Positions 20,055-29,240 are shown, counted from the stretch's first letter. The stretch is DNA of 64,000 bases from Ilumatobacteraceae bacterium (GCA_031408175.1 JANOJI010000001.1:492-64491), one strand, 5' to 3'. Numbers and translations are program-made. The notes: a model not told the origin generated them from the letters alone.

Positions 20055-20863
20055 GCACTCCTGACGAGTTCGCCGGGTCGCCGGTTAGAGACTCGGGCGT
20101 ATCCGAGGCTGGAAAATGGGTCGTGGTCGGTACGGCTGCAGACATCGCCAAACGAAAGAAGGTCGTCGTCGAGATCGACGGCCGCCAAGTCCTCATGATC
20201 GCCCACGAGGGACAGTTCTTCGCCGTCGACAACATCTGCATGCACCGCCAACGCGAACTCTCCAAAGGCGTCATCCTCAACGGCAAGATCGTTTGTCCCG
20301 GGCACCAGTGGGCGTTTGCTCTCGACACCGGATGGGAAGCCGTGAAGCAGGAATGCCAGCCCACCCACCCAGTTCGGCTCACCGGCGATTTGGTCAAAGT
20401 GTTCGTGGCCTCGATCTTGCCGGCCACTACCGACAGCCAATCCGTGAAAGCCTGGATTGACGACTGGGGTGTCGAGGTTGCCGCAGTCGACCTGGCTGCT
20501 GCGCGGCTGCGCTTTGCCACGGACGTGTCGGCCTTCGGCACCCACGCCGATGTAGTGATCGGTCGTGACAATCTCGAGACCGAGCAATGGTCGCAGATCT
20601 GGCCAGCGATCGAAGACTTCCGTTTCGTTACCGACGAGATGCAGATACTGATGTCGCCCGACCGCCTCCAGGCGATAGCGGTGGTTGGTTGGACGTCGAT
20701 CGGCATCGCTCGGGACGGTCACCGCTTCGATCGACCAGGCCGAGCAACCGTGGTGCTGACACGAGATTCGATCGACAAGCCGTGGCTTGGGATCCACACG
20801 CACTTCTCGCTCAGCCGCGACGTCCCACACAGCACGCACGGCGCACGACCGCGCATCCACTGA
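20051..20863 (+). CDS. Rieske [2Fe-2S] domain fused to an NTF2-like (SnoaL/DUF4440-type) domain
   Basis: C63-M-H65 ... C82-P-G-H85 Rieske motif. C-terminal half ends ...GRATVVLTRDSIDKPWLGIHTHFS, typical of DUF4440/SnoaL. ATGA overlap with the ferredoxin stop. Confidence 0.75.
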   Translation: MSTPDEFAGSPVRDSGVSEAGKWVVVGTAADIAKRKKVVVEIDGRQVLMIAHEGQFFAVDNICMHRQRELSKGVILNGKIVCPGHQWAFALDTGWEAVKQECQPTHPVRLTGDLVKVFVASILPATTDSQSVKAWIDDWGVEVAAVDLAAARLRFATDVSAFGTHADVVIGRDNLETEQWSQIWPAIEDFRFVTDEMQILMSPDRLQAIAVVGWTSIGIARDGHRFDRPGRATVVLTRDSIDKPWLGIHTHFSLSRDVPHSTHGARPRIH

Positions 20864-20867
20864 CCAC

Positions 20868-21362
20868 AATGGTGAAATCACTTGTCGATCGGGACATCGC
20901 ATCGCGCGACAGCTTGGGATGCACGCTTTGCCCGCCCGCTGAGGCGGAGACCGAGCGCAGTCAAGGCAGCGGTCAATCTGCTCGCAGTGGTGCCCGGGTG
21001 GGTTCGAAAGAGCAGGTCGATCGAGTCGACGCCGAGTCGGCGCAGGGATCCTTCGGTCGTCTCCTTGATCAGTTCAGGACGGCTCGAGACCGTCGGTTTC
21101 CACTGGCGTCACACAGCCCAAACTTGGTGGCGATGATCACGCCGTCGCACATGGGCGCGAGGCCTTGGCCGACGAGTTCTTCGTTGGTGAACGGCCCGTA
21201 CACCTGGACCGTGTCGAAGAACGTCACACCCAGATCAACGGCTGTGCGAAGCAGTGAGCTTGCGTCGTCGGGGCTGAGTAGGACGCTGCGGTGAAGCTCA
21301 TTCCCATACAGCCCAGGCCAAGCGCGGAGACCTTCAACCCACTGGTTCCCAACTCTCTGCAT
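20868..21362 (-). pseudogene. Aldo/keto reductase pseudogene (multiple frameshifts, 3'-truncated)
   Basis: AKR pieces lie in three frames: LKVSALGLGCMGMSF (shifted), AVDLGVTFFDTVQVYGPFTNEELVGQGL...VIIATKFG (ORF 21069..21422), and RPELIKETTEGSLRRLGVDSIDLLF (shifted). It ends abruptly next to 20863. Confidence 0.7.
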
Positions 21363-21589
21363 TGCATGTCGGCCTCCACCTCGATTCAGGTCGCCGAGCA
21401 GCCAATCAGCGCCGAACAGCATCAGATCGGCTTGGCCCTAAGCGGCAGACCACACCGTACGCCTCGCGCGATGCGCTGGACTCCGCGGCGGCTTCCACGA
21501 CGCGGGCTTGTCTTGGTGGTGTGTGCAGCTGACGCCTGGCGTGCCGTACGGCGACCCGCGATCGAACGTCGCGACATCTCGCGCGACCG

Positions 21590-21671
21590 ACGTTGTGTCG
21601 AGCAGGTGACTGGACAGCTGCGAGAGTGCGAAGACGAAGACGAGGTCGAAGAGCCGCTCGATCGGTGACAC
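21590..21671 (-). pseudogene. Short N-terminal remnant of an LtrA-like membrane protein gene
   Basis: MSPIERLFDLVFVFALSQLSSHLL resembles the conserved LtrA N-terminus. The frame then becomes Pro/Arg-rich, and there is no room for a full gene. Confidence 0.3.
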
Positions 21672-21803
21672 CGCGTCGCCATTGCGTGACCGGTCGGTTG
21701 TCGCGCGTGCTTCGAGCCGGCTGGTGGGTCAAGACTTCTACGGCGACCTGGCGCCGACATGACCGCACTTGGAGCAAGCGTGATCCAACCTAACCTCACC
21801 AGA

Positions 21804-22670
21804 ATGCAGATCGGTGTCGTCTATCCCCAGATCGAGCTTCGTGGCGATCCCACCGCTGTTCGACGGTTCGGGCGGGCGGTCGAGGAACTGGGGTTCGATC
21901 ATCTCCTCGCCTACGACCACGTGCTCGGTGCCGTTCACGCCGATCGGATGCGCCCGCTGCAGGGCCCCTACACGGAGCACGACCCGTTCCACGATCCTCT
22001 GGTGATGTTTGCCTACCTCGCTGGCATCACCGAGCGAATCGGGTTCGCCACCGGGGTGCTGATCTTGCCGCAGCGACAGACCGCACTCGTGGCGCGGCAG
22101 GCCGCCGATGTGGATCTTCTGTCGGGCGGTCGGCTTCGACTGGGCGTGGGCATCGGCTGGAACCACGTCGAGTACGAAGCCTTGGGACAGGACTTCGGCA
22201 CCCGAGGCGCACGCCAAGAGGAGCAGATCGCACTGCTTCGCCAGTTGTTCACCGATCCTGTCGTCGACTTCTCGGGTCGCTTCGACCGAGTCGACCGCGC
22301 CGCACTTGTGCCGAGACCGACTCGGCCCGTACCGATCTGGATCGGTGGCGGCGACGCGGCGCTCGAACGAGCCGCCCGCCTCGCGGATGGATTCATCTTC
22401 TTCGGTGGCGGAACGGACCACACCGTCGGCGCGTGGAACCGACTTCGTGATCGAATCACCGACCTCGGACGATCCGCAGACGACTTCGGCGGCGACTACG
22501 TGGCACTCAGCGGATCAAACCTCGACAACCTCACGGCCGAAATCAACGCCTGGCGCGAGGCACATGGTACTCACGTCTCAATCGTCACCATGGACCTCGG
22601 CTTGGACTCGGTCGACGCCCACATCGACTACCTCGCCTCTGTCGCAGACGCGCTCAGCATCACCCCATGA
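21804..22670 (+). CDS. LLM-class (luciferase-like) F420-dependent oxidoreductase
   Basis: MQIGVVYPQIELRGDP...LLSGGRLRLGVGIGWNHVEYEALG...PVPIWIGGG is typical of the Rv2161c-type LLM family. Confidence 0.8.
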   Translation: MQIGVVYPQIELRGDPTAVRRFGRAVEELGFDHLLAYDHVLGAVHADRMRPLQGPYTEHDPFHDPLVMFAYLAGITERIGFATGVLILPQRQTALVARQAADVDLLSGGRLRLGVGIGWNHVEYEALGQDFGTRGARQEEQIALLRQLFTDPVVDFSGRFDRVDRAALVPRPTRPVPIWIGGGDAALERAARLADGFIFFGGGTDHTVGAWNRLRDRITDLGRSADDFGGDYVALSGSNLDNLTAEINAWREAHGTHVSIVTMDLGLDSVDAHIDYLASVADALSITP

Positions 22671-22724
22671 GCGACCCGGTCCTCAGCACGGCGTTGCCTT
22701 CTCGGAGGTCCTACGATCTCGTCA

Positions 22725-23582
22725 ATGGTCGACCGGCGAGTGTGGATGATCACCGGCGCCAGTCGCGGCATGGGAGTCGCTTTCTCCAAGGCGGCATTGG
22801 CGGCTGGTGACGCAGTCGTCGCGACCGGTCGTCGCCCCGACGAAATCGCAACTGTTCTGGGAGCGTCGGACAGCCTGCTCGCCGTCAAACTCGACGTCAC
22901 CAGCGTCGACGATGCTCAGGAGGCCGCGGACGCTGCGGTGGAGCGGTTCGGCCGGATCGACGTGGTCGTCAACAACGCCGGTGCCTCCTTCAAGGGTTAC
23001 TTCGAAGAGATGTCGTCCGAGCAGGTCGACCAGCAACTGGCGACGAACCTGCTCGGACCGATGAACGTCACTCGAGCTGTTCTTCCCGTGATGCGCAGGC
23101 AACGTTCGGGCCATGTGATCGCGATCTCCTCCGGTGCCGGGCTGATCGGGTTCGAGTATTCGTCGGTCTACGCGGCGTCCAAGTCAGGGTTGGAAGGCTG
23201 GATGGGCGCACTCGACCAAGAGGTGGCCCCGTTCGGGATCCGCACCACGATCATCAACCCGGGCTTCTTCCGCACGACCCTGGCAAGTCCCGAATCGCTG
23301 ATCTGGCCGGCGCTGGCTATCGACGACTATGCCGAGCGAAGCGCGGCGCAACGCACATGGTGGGCAGCGCAAGACGGCCAGCAGGCCGGCGATCCCGTCA
23401 AGCTCGCCCAAGCGTTGCTCGCGATCGTCGACGAGGATCCGCCACCTCGACGCTTCATCGCCGGCGCCGACGTCATGGCACTGGCACAACGCAAGATCGA
23501 CGAGCTGCGCGACCAGATCGAATCGCATCGCGAGCTGTCGACCTCGCTCACCGTCGATCCCCACGAAGACAACGACGACTGA
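22725..23582 (+). CDS. SDR-family oxidoreductase
   Basis: VWMITGASRGMGVAFSKAAL, NNAG, YAASKSGLEGW (YxxxK). Confidence 0.85.
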   Translation: MVDRRVWMITGASRGMGVAFSKAALAAGDAVVATGRRPDEIATVLGASDSLLAVKLDVTSVDDAQEAADAAVERFGRIDVVVNNAGASFKGYFEEMSSEQVDQQLATNLLGPMNVTRAVLPVMRRQRSGHVIAISSGAGLIGFEYSSVYAASKSGLEGWMGALDQEVAPFGIRTTIINPGFFRTTLASPESLIWPALAIDDYAERSAAQRTWWAAQDGQQAGDPVKLAQALLAIVDEDPPPRRFIAGADVMALAQRKIDELRDQIESHRELSTSLTVDPHEDNDD

Positions 23583-23619
23583 ACACCCTCCTCGAGGATT
23601 GATCAAGCAGCCCGGGGAC

Positions 23620-23942
23620 CGTATAGGGGGGTTTACGTCGCCGGATTCGCCGCAGCGTTCGATGATCCAGCATTCATCCCTCGGCTGCAAACGGCAGCAG
23701 CCGAAGTGGGCGCGAGCATCGGCGTCGCCGCCAACATTCTCGACCCGAAGCGGATTGTAATCGGAGGGAGCCTAGGCACCACCGCCACGTACTTCCGTCG
23801 GCTCACCGCCAGCATTCGTGCGTCGATCTACGCCGAGGACACCCGTCAACTGCTCATCGACCGATCACAGCTGGGCCCTGATGCGGCCGCCCTCGGCGCC
23901 GCCATGGTCGCCATCGACCACCTCCACGAGCTCGAGAGCTAG
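23620..23942 (+). pseudogene. C-terminal fragment of a ROK-family gene
   Basis: GVYVAGFAAAFDDPAFIPRLQTAAAEVGASIGVAANILDPKRIVIGGSLG...LGPDAAALGAAMVAI equals the ROK C-terminal third. No N-terminal two-thirds and no start. Confidence 0.55.
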
Positions 23943-24199
23943 CCATTCTGGCGGAATGCGGACGTGCGGACGTCTTGGATTCTGAGCTACTCGTCAACAT
24001 GCCGATGCCTCGCAGCGTTACCCGAGGACGGCGGATTGCAGGACACGGGTTTGGCCACGAGCCGCAGTTCGGCTGCCTGCTCGGCGTAGGCGGAGGGAAC
24101 GGCAGGGGACCTCGATGCCGTGCTGGGCACACACCTCGAGTGACGCGTGTTACTCGCTCCGGGTAGAAGGACGCGAACTACCGGTGTTCGACCAGCAAG

Positions 24200-25207
24200 C
24201 TACCGAACTGGCCGACTACTACGCCCATTAGCGCGAACAGACCGCTGAAGGTCGCCACCTTCCACCACTCGACCGTGGCGGCGGTCTCCTGCGCGACGAG
24301 CATCACGTGTCTCACCGCTGGGTGAGGCCAGGATGCACGCCGTGTCACCGGCGGATACCCGGGCATCCCGTCGGAGCAGCATGACGAACCCTGTGTACGG
24401 TGCCACGATCGGTGCCAAGGGTGCGCCTTCGACATCGATGATCGTCGCGATCACGTCACCACAGCTGACGAGATCCCCCACCCGGCAGTTGACCACCAAG
24501 TAGCCGGTTGCGGGAGCGGCGATCCCAGCGTCGGTGTTGCCGTCGCCGAGCACGTGGACGGTGGTGTTCGACGGAAGCGGGGACTCAATCAGCATCCCGA
24601 GAACATGGAGCACTCGACGAACCCCGTCCAAGTATCCCTGCAGGTCGCTGGCACGGATGGAGCGACCCCCGTGGCCCTCCACATAGATCGCGGGTATGCC
24701 GAGATCGTAGGCTACGGTCAACGACCGTCCCGGGGCGGGCGGACCTTCGTGGTGCCAGGTGAACTTCGCCGCGAGCGCATCGGCACACCACCGAGACTCG
24801 GCGCCTCGTCGGTCATCGCCGCCGTGATAACCGCAGAGAAAAGGCATCTCGAAGTTCGCACCTGCAGAGTGCAGGTCCACCAAGAGGTCGGCGCCTCGGA
24901 TCAGTTGCTCGGTGAGTACGTAGGCCACCTGTTCGGTCGGACTACCATCGGGTCGACCGGGGAACACCCGGGCCAGGTTCGCTCCGTCGACCGGGCTCTC
25001 TCGGGTTCGTGCTGTCCACGCAGCTGGATGTGCAGGCGCAGCAACGAGCACCTCTCCGCTGACCAGGTCAGTGCGGAACATCCGTACGAGCGACGCGGCA
25101 GCGATGACCCCTTCGTACTCGTCGCCGTGAACTCCACCGAGAATGGCAACCCTGGGCCCTGGCGCCGGACCGACCACTGTCTGCACGGTGGGCAACGTCG
25201 CGAACAT
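24200..25207 (-). CDS. Succinylglutamate desuccinylase/aspartoacylase (AstE/AspA) family Zn hydrolase
   Basis: VAILGGVHGDEYEG zinc motif and C-terminal barrel VGDLVSCGDVIATI. The last ~40 aa are Arg-rich and may be run-on. Confidence 0.75.
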   Translation of the reverse strand: MFATLPTVQTVVGPAPGPRVAILGGVHGDEYEGVIAAASLVRMFRTDLVSGEVLVAAPAHPAAWTARTRESPVDGANLARVFPGRPDGSPTEQVAYVLTEQLIRGADLLVDLHSAGANFEMPFLCGYHGGDDRRGAESRWCADALAAKFTWHHEGPPAPGRSLTVAYDLGIPAIYVEGHGGRSIRASDLQGYLDGVRRVLHVLGMLIESPLPSNTTVHVLGDGNTDAGIAAPATGYLVVNCRVGDLVSCGDVIATIIDVEGAPLAPIVAPYTGFVMLLRRDARVSAGDTACILASPSGETRDARRAGDRRHGRVVEGGDLQRSVRANGRSSRPVR

Positions 25208-25213
25208 GTGACC

Positions 25214-26071
25214 CTACGACGCAGCGACAACACGCGACCGGTGGGCGCCTAGCCCGGCGATGCCGAGATGCATGCAGTCACCGGGCGCGAGGAATCGGGG
25301 CGGTCGGAGTCCGAGTCCGACACCGGCGGGCGTACCCGTGTTGATGATGTCACCCGGTTCCAGGACCATGAACTGGCTGAGGTACCAGATCAAGTAGTCG
25401 ACCGGAAAGATCATGTCGGACGTGTTTGCGCTCTGGAGCCTTTCGTCGTTCACGTCGAGGTACATCTCGAGTTGCTGTGGATCGGCGACCTCGTCCGCAG
25501 TCGCGATCCAAGGTCCGAGCGGGTTGAACGTCGCACACGACTTGCCCTTGTCCCATTGACCTCCGCGCTCCAGCTGGAATTCGCGCTCCGAGACGTCATT
25601 GGCGACGGCATAACCGGCGATGCATCGAGCTGCGTCGGCGGGACTGTCCAGATAGGAGGTGGTCGAGTTGATCACCACCGCCAGCTCGACTTCCCAATCG
25701 GTCTTTCGTGAGTTCCGTGGGATGACCACGTCGTCGTTCGGGCCGACGATGGTGTTCGGAGCCTTCATGAAGACGATCGGCTCGCTCGGGATCTCCATCC
25801 CCGACTCGGCTGCGTGCTGTCGGTAGTTCAGCCCGATGCAGACGATCTTTCCGGGCCGCCGAAGCGGAGCAGCGATGCGAAGGCCGGTCGTGTCCAACCG
25901 GGGAAGTGCACCGCTGTCCACGGCCTCGCGCAGCCGGTGGAGTCCGTCGGTGGCGAAGAACGCCTCGTCGTAGTCTGGCGCGACCGCGCGCACGTCGAAC
26001 ACATCCGCAGGGTCTTCGGTGATGACCCCGGGAATCTCGTGACCGGGTACCCCGATTCGAATGAGCTTCAT
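25214..26071 (-). CDS. Fumarylacetoacetate hydrolase (FAH) family protein
   Basis: 285 aa. KIVCIGLNYRQHAAE, DWEVELAVVI, GDIINTGTPAGVG are typical FAH-fold motifs. Confidence 0.85.
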   Translation of the reverse strand: MKLIRIGVPGHEIPGVITEDPADVFDVRAVAPDYDEAFFATDGLHRLREAVDSGALPRLDTTGLRIAAPLRRPGKIVCIGLNYRQHAAESGMEIPSEPIVFMKAPNTIVGPNDDVVIPRNSRKTDWEVELAVVINSTTSYLDSPADAARCIAGYAVANDVSEREFQLERGGQWDKGKSCATFNPLGPWIATADEVADPQQLEMYLDVNDERLQSANTSDMIFPVDYLIWYLSQFMVLEPGDIINTGTPAGVGLGLRPPRFLAPGDCMHLGIAGLGAHRSRVVAAS

Positions 26072-26080
26072 GGCTGTGTA

Positions 26081-26902
26081 CTAGACCTCGTGCCCTGTCA
26101 GCGATCGGCGATCGGTCCGGCGCCCGATCCGCGCAGACGCATCACCGGCCATCGACATGGGCCCGTCCTCAGAGGAAGAGTCGGGGTTCAGGAATGCGGC
26201 GCGGAGCAGGTTGACCGTGCTCGTCAAGTGGCCGCGCATCGCATCGGCAGCGGCGTTGTGGTCGCCGGCCGCAAGGAAATCGATGATCTGACGGTGCTCC
26301 GCGTCGGCGGCATCGTGCCTGAACTTGACGGACATGTGCTGATACCGCGCGGCATGCGACCACAGTTGCTCGATGATCTTGAGTCGGCGCGGGGAGTTGC
26401 TCCGACGGTAGATGAGGAAGTGGAGGTCGCTGTTCAAGGCGACGACCTTGGGCACCTCGTTGCGCTGATTGGCGATGCCGATCCGATCGACGATCTCGCG
26501 GAGCAACTCGATGTCGCGCTCTTCGCAGGGACGGGCCCGACGAACAGCCTGACCCTCCAGCTCGATGCGAAGCTCGTACAGATCCTCTAGATCGGAGATC
26601 GACAGCGTGGTGACCCAGGCACCACGGTTGTGGCGAAAGATGACGAATCCTTCGGACTCGAGGATCCTCAGCGCTTCGCGTACCGGAATGAAGCTGGTTC
26701 CGCAACGTTCGGCGATCGTCTTCGGGAGGAGTTTGGTGTTGTGCCGGTACTCGCCACTGATGATGCCTTGGCGGAGATGCTGGACCACCCGGTCGACCGA
26801 GCTGTCTCCATGTCGATCAGCGGTACCGGGCGCGCCGCCAGCTGCCGATTTCCGGGTCCTCACCACAACCAAATCATATACTATCTGATTGGAGGCCCGC
26901 AT
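26081..26902 (-). CDS. GntR-family regulator, FCD subfamily (GntR-3)
   Basis: KLLPKTIAERCGTSFIPVREALRILESEGFVIFRHNRGAWV plus FCD-like domain. Start uncertain (ATG 26902, or TTG/GTG at 26872-26863). Confidence 0.8.
   Translation of the reverse strand: MRASNQIVYDLVVVRTRKSAAGGAPGTADRHGDSSVDRVVQHLRQGIISGEYRHNTKLLPKTIAERCGTSFIPVREALRILESEGFVIFRHNRGAWVTTLSISDLEDLYELRIELEGQAVRRARPCEERDIELLREIVDRIGIANQRNEVPKVVALNSDLHFLIYRRSNSPRRLKIIEQLWSHAARYQHMSVKFRHDAADAEHRQIIDFLAAGDHNAAADAMRGHLTSTVNLLRAAFLNPDSSSEDGPMSMAGDASARIGRRTDRRSLTGHEV
26871..26892. promoter_or_regulatory. AT-rich site (AAATCATATACTATCTGATTGG) at the 5' end of GntR-3
   Basis: Read directly; weaker match (ATAGTATAT). Confidence 0.35.
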
Positions 26903-27053
26903 TGAAATCCAATGCTGTATCAGACTGCCAGCAGACCGTCATGGTACTGCACCTCGGCGTCGGCCGGCGCTCGTCCCACGAATACACCGCCGCGCCGTCA
27001 GGCAAAGCCGGCCGTCGCAGGCGCAGCGTCGTCCAACGTGGGATTGGGCCGCA

Positions 27054-27992
27054 GTGCACGTGATCCGTGTCGGGCTTCTCGTGGTTGAAGTGAACGAGTG
27101 CCGTGGCGGTGAGATCGCTCGAGTTCGCTATCGCGATCACGACATCCTCGCATCGTACGACTGGACCTCCCCCGTTGGTGTGTCACAGAGCGTGACCTAC
27201 GGAGACGCGAAGCTGGATTGGCTATCCGAATACCGCGGAGGTTGGCAGCTGCTCGTGCCCAATGCGGGTGCGGCGTGCGAGGTCGACGGCGTTCCTTTGC
27301 CGTTCCACGGCGAGTGGTCCCGTACTCGCGTCACGGTGACCGAACGAGCCACCGACCGTGTCGTGATGACGGCTGGCACCCGGCTGCCTCTCACGGTCGA
27401 GCGCGAGGTGCGCGTCGAAGCCCGACCTGCCCGTGTGCTGGTGCGCACCACCGTCGACAACGTTTCCGGCGAACCCGTGTCGTTTGTCTGGGGCGAACAC
27501 CCCGCGTTCGCGGTCGGACAGGGCGACCGGATCGACTTCCCGCCGGCCGAGATCTTCGATGCCCACGGTGTCGGCGTCGGCCGTTGGCCCTCGTTGTCCC
27601 ATGGGCGACATCTCGGTCGGGTTGACACCGCTGATCCGTCCGAGTCGGTGCACTTCCTCGTCGGCTTCTCGGCGGGGTGGGCGGCGGTCCGTCGCGAACA
27701 TCTCGGCGTTGCGCTGGCATGGAACGTCGCGGATTTCCCGTACGCGTGGTTGTGGCACGAGGTCGCCAGTCCTGGGTTCCCGTTCTACGGGCGGACGTCC
27801 CTTGTTGCGATCGAACCGGCATCGAGTTGGCCCGGAACCGGGCTGAGGGGTGCGATCGAGCGTGGTCAGGCGATCGTTCTCCAGCCCGACGAACGACGTT
27901 CCACCACCGTCGCCTTGATTCCGTTCACACCCGACGGACGTGCTCTGTCGGGCGCTTCGATCTCCGGCCGACTGGAGTACTCCCCGTCATGA
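27054..27992 (+). CDS. Aldose-1-epimerase-like (galactose-mutarotase fold) protein
   Basis: Beta-rich sequence ...GGWQLLVPNAGAACEVDGVPLPFHGEW...FVWGEHPAF...SLVAIEP. Start uncertain (GTG 27054/27060); ATGA coupling to the next gene. Confidence 0.55.
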   Translation: MHVIRVGLLVVEVNECRGGEIARVRYRDHDILASYDWTSPVGVSQSVTYGDAKLDWLSEYRGGWQLLVPNAGAACEVDGVPLPFHGEWSRTRVTVTERATDRVVMTAGTRLPLTVEREVRVEARPARVLVRTTVDNVSGEPVSFVWGEHPAFAVGQGDRIDFPPAEIFDAHGVGVGRWPSLSHGRHLGRVDTADPSESVHFLVGFSAGWAAVRREHLGVALAWNVADFPYAWLWHEVASPGFPFYGRTSLVAIEPASSWPGTGLRGAIERGQAIVLQPDERRSTTVALIPFTPDGRALSGASISGRLEYSPS

Positions 27993-29230
27993 TCCGGAGG
28001 TCCTTCGACGCGAGCAACAAGGGGATCCCCTTCACCCACCGTGCTGCCAGCGGTTGGAACGTCTTCGGCGACGACACCACCCTGCCTGCCGCGGTGATCC
28101 TCGGCGCTGTCCTCGAGAGGAACAGCGCCGCGATGGCTGACTACTGCCAACGCAACGGAGTCTCTCTCGCGCCGCACGGGAAGACGACCATGTCCCCCGA
28201 GTTGTTCGAACTCCAGATGCGCGATGGGGCCTGGGCGATCACGGCGGCCAACGTGCACCAGGCCCGGGTCATCAGGGAGAGCGGGCTGCCACGGGTCCTG
28301 ATCGCCAACGAGGTCACGGCTCCCGGGGATGTCGCCTGGTTGGCACGGCAGGTCGAGTCGGGCTTCGACGTTCTCTGCTACGTCGACTCGCTGGCCGGGG
28401 TGCGACTATTGCAAGAGGGGATGACCGGCCATGCTCGGGGCGGGCGTCTGGGGGTCCTTGTCGAACTGGGTGTAGTCGGCGGGCGCACCGGGGCGCGATC
28501 CGTCGAGGAGGCGCTGCAGGTCGCACGCTCAGTCGCCGACACCCCGTCACTCCGCATCGCCGGCGTCTCCGGGTTCGAGGGCATCATCGTCGCGACCGAC
28601 GAGGCGACCGCCGAGGAACGCGTCGACGCGTTCCTGACCCGGTTGGTGCATCTTGCGGAGGCGATCAACGACGAACGACTGGCGGACGACGCCGAGGAGT
28701 TCATCGTGAGTGCCGGCGGCAGCGTCTTCTTCGACCGGGTCGTGGCAACATTGACGCAGGTCCGTTTGTCCTTGCCGGTCCGGGTGGTCGTGAGAAGCGG
28801 GTGCTACCTGAGCCACGACGACGGTGTCATCGACGACCTGTCGCCGCTCGGAGCGCACCCACGAGTCGTGGGTGATGTCTTTCATGCGGCGCTCGAGGTG
28901 TGGTCGCCCGTGCTCTCCCGCCCTGAATCCACCCGGTTGATCCTCGGCGCCGGAAAGCGTGACCTCTCCACCGACAACACCTTCCCGGTCGCGAAGAAGT
29001 GGGTGCAGCGGGGCACGCGCGTGGTGCGGGACCTCGACGCTCGACCACGTGCGATCAAGGTCGATGATCAGCATGCTTACGTGGACATCGATCCCTCGTG
29101 CGACATCGCGGTAGGTGATTACGTAGGTCTTGGCATCTCCCATCCGTGCACGACGTTCGACAAGTGGAGGGTCATGCTCGTCGTCGACGAGGCGTACGAC
29201 GTCGTCGACGTCGTCACCACCCGCTTCTGA
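27989..29230 (+). CDS. PLP-dependent amino-acid deaminase (alanine-racemase-N fold, D-serine-dehydratase-like)
   Basis: LAPHGKTTMSPEL (PHxKT PLP-Lys motif), 413 aa, C-terminal beta domain ...VGLGISHPCTTFDKW. Confidence 0.7.
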   Translation: MIRRSFDASNKGIPFTHRAASGWNVFGDDTTLPAAVILGAVLERNSAAMADYCQRNGVSLAPHGKTTMSPELFELQMRDGAWAITAANVHQARVIRESGLPRVLIANEVTAPGDVAWLARQVESGFDVLCYVDSLAGVRLLQEGMTGHARGGRLGVLVELGVVGGRTGARSVEEALQVARSVADTPSLRIAGVSGFEGIIVATDEATAEERVDAFLTRLVHLAEAINDERLADDAEEFIVSAGGSVFFDRVVATLTQVRLSLPVRVVVRSGCYLSHDDGVIDDLSPLGAHPRVVGDVFHAALEVWSPVLSRPESTRLILGAGKRDLSTDNTFPVAKKWVQRGTRVVRDLDARPRAIKVDDQHAYVDIDPSCDIAVGDYVGLGISHPCTTFDKWRVMLVVDEAYDVVDVVTTRF

Positions 29231-29240
29231 GCGTCCGACC

